Made by a program: the position numbers and the translations under genes. Below, one piece after another: positions 50,051-61,200 of a stretch of 64,000 bases of DNA. The notes under the pieces were generated by a model. That model did not search any database. It was not told where the DNA came from and was given only the letters and a program-made list of their open reading frames with translations. The DNA lies in contig JAYWIR010000024.1 in NCBI GenBank assembly GCA_036172245.1, forward strand, positions 310,001-374,000, given 5' to 3'. The first letter of the stretch is position 1. Every line of letters begins with the position of its first letter. The DNA is from Raillietiella orientalis. Taxonomy: Eukaryota.

Positions 50051-50469
50051 GCCATGCTCCGTCGCAGTGGGAAGTGGCTTACCCGATCCGGCGAAACCGC
50101 GCATCTGAGCAGGGCTGAGCGAAGCAGCTGAACTTCGAAGTATCTCAAAAGCTACTGAATTTCCGCTCAGGTGAGGATGAGATGAAGACCAGTCGAGGAG
50201 CAATGCAGTATGCTTGATTCCAAGGGATGCGGGTTCAATTATGGAACTGACTTTCGCTGAAACCGTGGTCAAATGGAGCTCCACTTGATGGGTGGATTTG
50301 AAGATTTGAGACCAAGGATGCCTGGATACACGTATCCCTACCATCTTCCTCTTTATCTTTCTTGTAGAGATGGTTATCATAGTTGCTCTGTTCTTTCCGT
50401 TTGGAATTTCAGAACCAGGACAACAGGTTGGCTCACTTGGGATCACAACATTTGCAGTCAGAGTATCCG

Positions 50470-52031
50470 AAGGACTTTTGCAGAGGAAAGAAGTTTTACA
50501 AGAACGAGGGACCCGGAAAGAGTTAAAGTCTGTTTGAACTCGCGGAATTCTTAGTTGTCCAACGAATCCTTCTCTGCTCGTCATCATCTGCAGAAAAAAA
50601 ATGGAGAAAAGCAGAAAAAGAAAAAAAAAAAATGGATCCCAGGACGGTGCACCCCTCCGATTTCCATGCATAGAAAAGATGGAATCTGCGACAGCTCATT
50701 TCCGAAATCGTCTCCATGGCATGCAGGTGAACTGTCGGGGGTGGGGGAGGAGCTCGTAGCTCGGGGATAGCTTCCTCATCCCCCTCACTGCTGTGCCCTC
50801 CTCGTCCGCAGACGCTGTAGTATCCGCTCCCTAATCTGGAGGACTCACAGGAATCCGGTGCTGGCGGTGATCTGAACATCTTCGAAGGAGCTCAGGAATC
50901 AGACATCGGGAATAAGAACGGGAGACGGGTTCAAAGTAACTTTGAGACTAGCTGCAAAGATACAAGTTCGCATACTATGTACCACCAGCCGCAGTACGAT
51001 TTCTACAGTTAGTATATACAGAGCAAAAGCAAGGTATACACGAACCATCAGCGAATGGCATCTTCGTATCCGGGAGAAAGCCGGCAGTGTCGGTTTGGTG
51101 TGTGCGCCCTTCGAACGACGTGCCCCTGCCGATCTCCATCGCGGGGCAGACCCGAAGTGCTTGAAAATCTCGGCGCTGCTAGGGGACAACTCCTTGGCGC
51201 ACTCAAAGTCCGTTTCCCCAAGGGGAGTTCTCTACGAATAAGAAGAAGAGGAATTTCTTAGTTGCCTTCCCTCAAACACAAGTTTTTCTTTTTAGCGCAG
51301 CATCATCCCTGCAATTACCTCTTTTGATGAGACCATCTTGCCGATCATGACCTGATCGATCAGCCGAGAACGGCAGGGCTGCACTGAATCCCTTTTGGGC
51401 ATGCAGATGAGGTGGCGACGGTGCATTTGCTGAAAATATTCGGCCCGACGGGGAGCCGTGTCAAGGAACCCAGACAAAGTAGACGAGAAGCTGCATCTGC
51501 TAGTGTCACCAGAGAGAAGAAATGTCTTTTCGAGCAGAGATCCAAAGGACTCCATGCTGCTTCGACAGCTTACTCGACCATGGAGTAGAAGTGCACGCGG
51601 CACGCTCCTGTGTCTGCTGCGGATGGTGGCGTACTCCCGTGCACCACGCATCCCTTGGAACTTATTCAGAACGTTACTGAGAAGCGTGTCTAGAGTGACG
51701 GCTCCCAAGCAGCCAAGGAAGAGACGTATCCGTGGAGACAGGGCACCATGGCGACGAGACGAGGTGCCATGGAGACGATTTCGGAAATGAGCTGTTGCAG
51801 ATTCCATCTTTCGTATGCATGGAAATCGGAGCACCGAGGAGTGCACCGTCCTGGGATCCATTTTTTTTTTTCTTCTTCTTCTGCTTTTCCCCATTTTTTT
51901 TCTGCAGATGGTGATGAGCAAACAGGGATTCGTTGGACAACTAAGAATTCCGCGAGTTCAAACAGACTTTATCTCTTTCCGGATTCCTCGTTCTTGTACC
52001 TGGGAAACTTCTTTCCTCTGCAAAAGTCCTT
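50470..52031. repeat. Inverted repeat pair, arms about 250-265 bp (50470-50721 and 51765-52031), spacer about 1.04 kb
   Basis: Direct reverse-complement match, e.g. AAAGTCTGTTTGAACTCGCGGAATTCTTAGTTGTCCAACGAATCC / GGATTCGTTGGACAACTAAGAATTCCGCGAGTTCAAACAGACTTT, with a few substitutions and small indels. Confidence 0.95.
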
Positions 52032-55000
52032 TGCGATTTGTTGGTGCAATGGATTCCACTTTCGCTCTCGAAGGACGGAAGACTTCGAGATCCCATCTGG
52101 CTGCAGCAATTCCTCCTCTTTTGACAGCAAAGGCTTAAGATGTCAAAAGAATTGAGCACTGCTCAGGAATCGCCAGGAGAAAAGCGAAATCGGGAACCTG
52201 AGGCTCTCTGAGCCTCCCTTCCGCACAACCAAGAGGACTAAAATTCCCTTTCGTTAGATGATCCAAAGCTGAGCTGTATCGCAGCTTCCTTAAATTTCAA
52301 AATGGCTCCTTCCTCGGAGCAGATGCATTGCCCATAGGACGCCTCACCGGCTGAGCCCTGAAAAATTGCTCTTGCATTTGGCTTCTGCTTGAAGAAATTG
52401 TCGCTTGTGTTTGCAAATATGCCCGGTAAGACAAAAGGGAACGACTCGGTTACGGGATGGAATCGGGGAGCGCAAACAGAAACGGGCGTGACAATGTGGA
52501 AATCCTTGTACCCGGTCATATAATCCCGTTAGGGAGGAATGAAAAATGATTACATTACTCTATCGAAAATGAGTAATGAGGCTTTAACTAGAGAATGCAG
52601 CCATTAGTCCCCACTGCAAACAAAAGCTGCTGCTGCTATTAGCTATTCGTGATCGACTCGGATTAAGTGTGCCAGCGCCCCTAGCGGGAAAGCAGAGAGG
52701 GAGCGGGCGCCAACGCCGCGATGCGGTAAGGCAATAAAGGTGCGATAGGGGGAGGGAGCTCGTACTGCCACGTCTGCTACCCACTGGTGACACGAAAGGG
52801 AAGAGTCGTGTCCGAGGCAGGGTCTCTAGGCTTTGAAATGAGCCAGGGGGTGACCTCACGTACGCCCTTCGAGCTTCGTGGACGCTGCCTTAGGCCCGCC
52901 AAAGAGCAGAGGAGCCGCCCTAGGATGCGGCGGCAGCTCTGTGGCATTGCCTCCTCTTCTGGACTCCATGTGCCGTCTGGAAGACGTGGAAGTCGGAATG
53001 GCAGGGCACAGTGATCCCCAAGGGGACAGAAGGTCCAACCTCAGGGCGTTTTCTACTTTCACGAAGGAATTTTGATTATGATTTCAGTTAGGATGCGCTT
53101 TCTGATTTCAGTTCCCTTCGCCACGCACCATTTCGCTGTGGCAACTCCGATGGTGCCAAAAGCTCATTTCTTGGCTCGTGTCATGGGATCTCCAAGAGGC
53201 AGCGTTTTCCTGGTGCTTGGGACACTGAGATGAAAGTCTAAACACCCATCGCCTTGGAAATCGGAAGAACAAGTCATCACGATCTGTTGGATTCGTGGCC
53301 TTCCACTTCTGCCACCAGATCGTTCTCTCGTTTCCGTTCATGACAGTCAGCCAGCCAGTTCACTGAAGGGGAAAATTTTACCACTCTTTACCCGAGCACG
53401 CTATCCCCTGTTGCCTGGTTACCGCGATTGTGCGTGCTACCCAGAAGAGGCCATTGATCAAATCTCCTCGCCTTCCAGTGAGAAGAGCCACCGGAGCACA
53501 GATCTCGAGGGAAAAAGGTGCGTTGGAGCAAAACACTCAAGCAGGTCAAGAGAATTCTGGAATTTAGAGTGACTTTTGCTGCTTTTTGCCTCTGCAGAGT
53601 AGCCATCAAGAGTATCTTCCCGATTTTTCATCTCTTAGACGTATTGATCTCTGCATCGCACCGAGGATCCTTAGGTACTGTTTTGCATGATGGCAAAAAA
53701 AAAATAATAAAAAAAATGTATTGCTTTTTCGTATGGTGACTATGACCATGTGATTTTTATTAGCATTTAGTATGTAGCATTCTAATTAGCATAGTATCGT
53801 CACGATGTAGTAGCTTGTACATATTATTACTATGTCCTAATTATTATCCTGCCATAAATCCATCGTGCTTTAGTGTAATTATTATCCATTCGTGATGCAG
53901 CCATCAATTTGTAGCAATGTACCGCATGCTGATGATGTACTGAAGCGTTAGGATGTAATCAAGCAGTTTGAATCCAGCGATAGGTGAAGACTGCAGGCCG
54001 GAAGACATGGCCGAACTTCGCGGATGTTTCCGAAAGTTGAGTCAGGCTGTAAGTTGTAAGAACAGAGGTCATTTAGATGGGCAGCTCAGCCCACCTTTCC
54101 TAGCTGGTGCAGACCGAAAGCAAATTACGGTGGTCATCACCGCGGAAAAGCAAACGTGCCGGTGGACCATTTGCCGGAGGGTTTGCGGGGAGGACGCGAC
54201 CGCGCTCTGCAGACGGTCAGCGGAATTCATGCCGGCTGCGGGTGGGGAACGGCCAAAGCCGAAGACAGATTGGCCTGCGATTCCGCGCGGCGGTCCCGGC
54301 TTGGGGAGTTTCCCATCAAAATGGCGAGCTCGTGCGGGTAAGCCCCATCCCATAGGATGGGAGTGGGCAGTTTGCCCGCGCGCGTTTGAGGCGGCGCGGG
54401 GCATTTTCGACCCGGTGCGGATTTTCCCTTTCGATTCCACTCGCAGCATGCGAGCAGAAATTTCTGCACTCAGCTGGCTGACTTGGCCCTAGTCGTAGCA
54501 TTTATTGAGAATTTCGGTGGATGAGGAGCCCTGAAGCTTTGCATTTCGGCCCTCAACCCCCAGGAGGACATATGATGGCTTCTAAAGCTCTGGAATCTGA
54601 GTAGTGAAGCACGCATAGAGCTGCACTCTCAAGGAAACAGAGCTTGCCTCGGATGTTTTGGAGCTTCTTCCATCCCGCAGCCGCCTCCCCTAATCGGCCA
54701 TTTCTCTCTTTCTCCACGGCTGAGTCCCAGTGGGATTCGGCAGAAATGGGATCTCGGGAACCGCGCTGATGAGAACAGAGTTGCAAAAATCATCACCGCA
54801 CAGCCCTCGTCTGATCTGCTTTGCATTATAGACTCACACATATGATCATCCCTTTCAAATTTTTCATCTTTAATAGATGTCGCTCGCGGAGTTTCCTCCA
54901 AAGTTGGAAACTCCCTCTGCCTTGCCTCTGTCTTGGAGTTGGAACAAGTTGTTCGTTTTTCTTGCTCGGGAGAAGAGCAGCAGAGGCTGTCTCTTAGCAT

Positions 55001-55349
55001 GCATTTCCTATGAGTGCTGCATCCTATTTGCATGTGTGCATGACCCAGCTAGGTTTGGTCGAACCTCCCAGTGGCTTCTCTCTCTGTAGCGGAAGCAGCT
55101 CCTCAGAACGTGCAAATCCACAGAAGAGACGGTGCAGAGCCAGGTGATGACCTGAAAATGAGGTCATGTCGAGCCGTTGCTTGGATGAGTGGGCATTATT
55201 CATTCTTGGCACAGATCAGACACCTTGAAACAAGGAGCATTGAGAACCCACTGAAATGAGTGCCAGAAACGGCATCTGGTAGGCGTCCTGCGCTGACATC
55301 AGGAATGCCCATGCAGCCGGCTTTCTTCTAAGTCAAGCACTCATCTCTG

Positions 55350-56900
55350 AACCCTTATTTCAGAGGTGCAGAAAGCATCTCACTTTAGAAGCGACTTTGT
55401 TTGAGAAAATTGAGTGCGAAGAGTGCGAAAGGTCTTCCATATCCATGTGATAATTGGTCATCTGCAGGGGTGTCGCCGCACTTGTTGGATTCTACTAGGA
55501 CTTTTGCTGCTAAGCCAATGCCATTCAGGAAAGAATCCGATGAATTTACCGATCTACCACCGACCAGAGTTTCACAATGGTCTGAATGGTTCTCCCTGAA
55601 AGCAGGATTCTAAAAGGTGAGAAGTGAAATTTCCATGAGAAGGCAACGCACGATGAAATTCGTGAAGTCATCCAAAAGACCAACCTCGTATTTTCGGTCT
55701 TTTTCCACGAATTTTTTTTGGGAAGCCCCAATCTGATATGGGAACGGTCGCACGGCTTACTGGCAAGCACCACCTCCGCATCTGTCTTTTCTCTCCGTTT
55801 TTTTCCGACATGATCTTTTTCCTGATAATGGAATTCTCTATTCTTAACAGGCAGAGAAAGTCCTCTAAGGGGTCTCTAAGAGCCGCGTCTTCGTATCCGA
55901 AATGGCCACGTCATCACTCTTCGTTTCACCACACAAAAGAAGCGCATGCTCAGATCTGTGCTCGGAAATGTGAAGGATGCAAGAGGAAGACCGATACTTG
56001 TCACTGAGGTGATGAAGATGGGGCTCCTAGAGGTGCTGAAAGGCTTTTACTAAAGAGGGACATCGACCCACGCTTCCAGACGGTCGACAGTGGTTGGAAT
56101 AACGTGAGAAAGAAAAGAGTAGTAGTAAGCGAGATGTATGACCATTCCTGATACAATGCTGCGCCCCTTCAGCTATGCGAGGATTTCTGGAGGATGAACA
56201 GGGATGAGTAAATCTTGTGGAAAGGCTCCCGGAGATGAAAGCACGTTCCTGAAATGTAGAGTGGCCACCACCAGTGATTTGGTGACGAGAACAACAAGGA
56301 CCGGATGATATACATGTTCCAGAAGAATGCATAAGGATGGGTAACATGGAAGTGCAACCATGTCATTTGGCAGGTCATTCCCGATCGGGTAAACATTCAA
56401 GCAGCGTGTGAATTGGATCTGCTTCCGCGCTCTTTAATCGGGGAGAACCAGTGCTGCTGCTGCTATGGAATATCAATGTCTGTGAGGATGTGTTCTCCGA
56501 TCCTGATGGAGCACCCTTTCCCCAAACAGGGTGCAAATCTTACCTTTCTCACCCTAATTGGCATTCTACGCTCTTGGAAAGTCGGGCGAGAGATGAGTGG
56601 CACCCTCAGGGACGCTATCCTGCTCAACAAGACTTTGCTCGAGAGGGAGAAGGAGCCAACAGAAGTTCACCACCTTCTCATCTTTGTTCGGTGGTGCTTG
56701 CGATCGATCAGCAGCCGCCTTCCCAGATAGCTTGAAAAAGTTTCTGGGTCCACACGCCCAGGAAGAATGCATTTCCTCGAGAGCGTTGGAAGACGGAGGG
56801 AAGTTGAGGACCCTGGAACTTCGCACCCCTCTGTACTGCCTTTCTCCAGAGTGCGCGTTCTGAAATGGAGAGCGTCTTCCACGCCCATCGCCAAAGAGTC
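55350..56900 (+). mobile_element. Decayed L1/Tx1-like reverse transcriptase and thumb relic just upstream of PACRG
   Basis: FHIHVIIGHLQGC (cf. GVRQGC), FFSDMIFFL (YADD region), GILRSWKVGREMSGTLRDAILLNKTLL (cf. W...LSL.GR..LIKS.L), ALEDGGKL (cf. EGGLG). Confidence 0.52.
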
Positions 56901-57425
56901 AACAGGGAGAACAGGTCAGGCGTTCCTTGGAAAACAGAGATGAATATCCTTTTTGGACAGCACACTCTCTCCTTGCTCTGAACATCTACGGAAACTGGAA
57001 AATTAAGAGCAGATGACCCCTTTCGATTGCTTTAGGGGAAAGGGAAGAGATGGGTAGAGTTGTAGACCAGAGAAGGGGAGGGAAGGGCGAAGTCTCCAGA
57101 GTGCTGGATGGCTTTTGGAACCGGCCAAGTGTTCTGCTCTCCCAAAACCCTAAAGAAAGCTCCGTATCCTCGAACTGTTCTTTCCTGCGGGTGTCTTCTG
57201 TGAGCCCAGAATCAGCGCAGAGAGAAGGAGGGGGAGCTCCTAGAACAGCGAACTGCGTTGCTGAGGGGCCAGCTTTCTCTTACGGTTTAGAAGTTTCGAA
57301 CCAACGAAGAGAAAGAGCCTGTGGAGGTGTCGAAACATCTCGAAAGAAAATCCCAGGACTTTCCGCCCGTTCTCTTCATTGTCCTCTTCTTATTCCAGAG
57401 ACCTGAGCGGACCCCAGCTGGTTGG

Positions 57426-58145
57426 ATGTTGTCCTACCTGGAAGACGGGAGAAAAGACGAGGCTCCCTGGCGCCTCCGAGCAGGTCCCTCTGGGCCAAAG
57501 GTGAAAGTTCCGGGATTCACGATTAGAGCCTACCAGAAAAACAGCGTTGTTATCGGACCTCCCAAAACGAACGTCATCCAGCCACGTCTCTCCAAGAGCT
57601 CCGTGTTCCGCAATTTTTACAGAAAGAACGACTTCCCTCTGATGCTGCTGCACGACAGAGATCGCATAGCCTGGAGAGCTGATGTGACCCAGCTGGACCT
57701 GGAACACTACCTCCCCCTGTTTGCGGAAGGTTTGAGGGACACCCAGAGACCCTACTACCTGGTTGCGTTCCGGGGAACCATGGACCTCATAGCCCAGGCC
57801 GGAGCGGGACGCCTGCTGCCCATAATTCCCAAGCTAATCCTGCCCCTCCGCCGCGCGCTCGAAACTCGCGAGCCTGTGGTGGTCCTGCGGGTGTGCAAAG
57901 TCATCCAGCAGCTGGCGAACTCCGGAAACCTCGTGGGAGAAGCTCTCGTTCCATACTTCCGGCAGCTGCTCCCGTTCCTCAGCCTGTTTAAGAACAACCA
58001 GACGCAGGTGCCAGCGGATGGCCTCTCCATGTCCAAGATGGCATCCTTATGCGATGTCATTGAGAGCACCCTGAGTGTTCTGGACAAACAAGGAGGGCCC
58101 GACGCCTACATCAACATTAAATACATCATCCCGACCTATGAGTAG
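57426..58145 (+). CDS. PACRG: PACRG (Parkin co-regulated gene, axonemal inner-junction protein) homologue, 239 aa from the first ATG, no intron in the conserved region
   Basis: Motifs colinear with PACRG along the whole length: GFTIRAYQKNSVVIGPP, FRNFYRKNDFP, IAWRADVTQLDLEHYLPLFAEGL, LPIIPKLILPLRRAL, VGEALVPYFRQLLP, GGPDAYINIKYIIPTYE. No frameshift or internal stop. The ORF-track start at 57321 is GTG and lies upstream of a splice acceptor at 57397-57398. Confidence 0.93.
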   Translation: MLSYLEDGRKDEAPWRLRAGPSGPKVKVPGFTIRAYQKNSVVIGPPKTNVIQPRLSKSSVFRNFYRKNDFPLMLLHDRDRIAWRADVTQLDLEHYLPLFAEGLRDTQRPYYLVAFRGTMDLIAQAGAGRLLPIIPKLILPLRRALETREPVVVLRVCKVIQQLANSGNLVGEALVPYFRQLLPFLSLFKNNQTQVPADGLSMSKMASLCDVIESTLSVLDKQGGPDAYINIKYIIPTYE

Positions 58146-58208
58146 TCAGCTCGCCGCTTCGAGAGGGGGAAGCGGAAAATCCAAAGACCTTACATAGCTT
58201 TTCCTGGA

Positions 58209-58214
58209 AATAAA
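58209..58214 (+). terminator. Candidate polyadenylation signal of the PACRG homologue
   Basis: AATAAA about 64 nt after the stop codon. Confidence 0.5.
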
Positions 58215-61200
58215 AGACTCTTCCCACTGTCCTGCAACCTTTCCCCTGAGGAAATCCCCTGAGGACAAAGGCCGTCCATCTTTATCTTTCCAGAAAATAG
58301 TCGTTCCAGCTCTTTCGCTCAGACATGCAACTTCCTTTCCCTCCCCAAGTGGAAAATTCTGGAGGCATCCCAGAGTCCCCAAAGATTCTTGAAAAGCTCT
58401 TCATGTTCCTCCTTTCTGCAGTCTGAAGCAGAGATGGATAGCTTGAAATACGGGACGCTCCAGGATAACCATTCCGGAATGCAGAGAGGCAGCTAGGAAG
58501 GCAAGATAAGCGGAAGCGAAGGAGATGGTCTCTTAGGATAACGAGAGTCGGAGTTCGACCCGGGTTTCTGACTGTGTGCTGACGATGGATCTCTCGGCTC
58601 CCCCCCCCCCCCACAGTTCCTCTCGATCTCCAGCAGTCTTTTCCAGGAAGTCTTCTCTGAGGGACACGGCGCCACAGTCCAGGCAGAGAGGCGGGCTGAA
58701 GGGGATCAGTACGAGGTGGAGGATGGGGATGCCTTTTACAACGCATCGGCGGAATGGCAGCCTTCGTGTTTTGTTTGGATCAGTATTCCCCTCTGCTATG
58801 GAAATGACTCCGCTTGAAGGTCGCGGCTCCCGAAGTCTTTTCTGGAAGCTTCGCAAAGCGGAGAAGGGCGACTCGCACTCGGAGCCGGAGATTTCGCAGG
58901 AGTGAAGCCCTCGAGGCTGCTGCCAGCTGCTCCTAGCCCGAGGGAGTACTGGCCTCTCGTGCCGCCGTGTGGAAGCGTGCCGACGCTGAGTCGGAGATGA
59001 TCTTCGAATTTTGTCCGTAGCAGCCAGCCGTCTGGTCCGCAACGACCGCTTTCTGGTCGCTTTTTGCTTTTGTTCGGGGTATTGACTGTTGCTGTAGCGA
59101 CGCCGACCCGCTTTTGCTTCTGTCCCTCCCTGCTTTCAAGAAGGGAGAGTTTTTTCGCATCTTCTTTCTCAACTTCCTCCAGCCCTCTTCCGCATGTGCA
59201 TAGCCCACAGCTTGATCACTCCCCGTTCTCCCCTGCTCCTGACAGTGAAAGCTCAGTCGAGTCCTCTCGCTCTTGCGACCACCTTCCGAGAGAGATTCTG
59301 TCCTCCTTCTCCTCCCCTTCCTTCACCGACCCTTCCCCCCGAGGAGAACACGAGCTGCGCGAACAGCATGGATGGGCCCTAGGGAGCGACAGAACTGGAC
59401 GTCGCCGCTCAGAGTCGTTTGCTTCCCCTCTTCTTTCTCCAGGAGGTAGGAGGAACACTTCCGCCCCCTACCACGCGGAAAAAGCGTTCGTTTTCCCTCG
59501 AGGCAGGGAAACGACGCCTATCCAGGACGTGGTTCGTCTCCATCCGGACGGAGGCGGCGACTCTGGCAGGGGAAGAAGAGCAGGCGGGACGCCTTCCCTG
59601 TCGCGCGTGGCTTCACCTGCGAAAAAGGAAAGGGAAGGAAGCTCGCTGCAAAGGAAAGTAGTGAGAGGAGGCGTGCGAGGGAGGACTTCTAATAGTGAGG
59701 TTGCGCGGGAGGCATCACGACGTGAGAGAGAGAGGAAGACTCTCATCCTCCGTGCGACTCCCAGAAGGATCTGAAGTATCCCCTCGAGTTCTTCTCATCC
59801 TTCCTCCCTCCTTTTTCCCCTACTTTCCAATCCATTTTCTCCACATATCCACGTGTCTTCTCTTCTCCATCATCATTCCCTCCTTCTCTTCGTCTTCCTC
59901 TTCTTTTCGTTGTGTTGTTCTAGACTGGTCGTCGGCTCACTTCTGGAGCTTCCTCGCAGCTCGGAGAGGCTCACAATTTTCGTAGACTGGCCAAGAGGAA
60001 TGTTTTTCTGCCGCATCGGGCCCCGTCTGGCGTCGTTGCCCCATCGTCACCCCATCTGGAAACGCTTCCCCCCCTCTCCCCTCCCTTTCTCTCAAGAAGC
60101 TTGGTGAAGTGGCCTGATCGGCCTCTTCTTCTCTTTGTCCTTTTCTTTTTGTCGTCCTTCTCCTTATTCTTCATCCTCGAGCTCCATCTTTTTCCATCTC
60201 CTCTAATTCCTCTTCTTCATCCTCTCCCCTTCTTCTATCATGATCTGGTGAACACCAGAGAGACCGGCGGCGACGAGATGGCAATGCAAGCGCTTTAGCA
60301 GGAGAGGGGACAATCAGAGCGACAGCGTGTCGGCTTCAGTCGAGCTCTGATCATTGGCTGGCCAAGAGCAGCAGAGAACTTAAAGACCAGATGTCTTCCT
60401 GCAACCACTAGTAGAGTGCCGCTCAACTGGCCCTTTCCTATGTGTCTGAGAGAGAGACCACGCTCTCAGAAGAATCCCTAAGAGGAACAGCAGTGCAGCT
60501 CAGGGAGCCAAACAACCACTGGACACCCTAGGCCACGAAAGAAAGAACACCAGAGGATGTAGTCATTGCCACCACGGTTCGCAGCATCCTAGGGAAGAAA
60601 GCGAGAGGCTGGAGGGAGGAATCACTCCTGCAAGAAGGAGGAAAAGAAGAGAACCTGCCAACCCCGACAACCGTTCTTGGCCTCTCGACGGTGGTCAGGA
60701 TCGCTTCGAGCCTTTCGGGCATTTCCTAAGACCCATCACGATCCGAAGCAAGACGGTATCAGCAACTGAGCTTTTCAGAGAGACGCTATCCAATGCTCTT
60801 TCGAAGGTGCTGCTCTCCACTCGTGGGTGCACTGGTGCAGCGCACATCTGTCGGCTGGCGAGCCTTCTTGGAGATCCTCCTTCTGCCTTCAGGTCTTCTC
60901 ACTCACCCACCTCTCGCTCTTTGTTCGGACTATGCACACTCACTGGCGCCGCATTCCTCTTGCAGGGAGGCGGGAGCCACCAACAGGGTGTTTTCCTTCC
61001 TCTTTGGAGATCTAGGTCTCCGATGAAAGTACCGCTTACGAGGAATTCGCGTCCCGAAGCTCCACCAGACGTCCCACGCCTCCTGGTAGTCAGTGCAGGC
61101 TTTGCATCACCTTTCGAGTGTCAGAGATCGTTCCCGGAGAGTCCAGACGTGGCATCCAAGACGAAACCAGAGCACGAGCAGACGGACGAATTCTCTCTTC

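Noticed and set aside
51742..51776. Two X-box-like palindromes (GGCACCATGGCGAC, GGTGCCATGGAGAC)
   Set aside because: They mismatch in the AAC half-site, and a similar word overlaps the Rx start codon, so CCATGG-centred matches appear to arise by chance.
54470..54493. Helitron 3' end (short hairpin then CTAG-T)
   Set aside because: The stem is only 5 bp, and no matching 5' end or Rep/helicase remnant was found.
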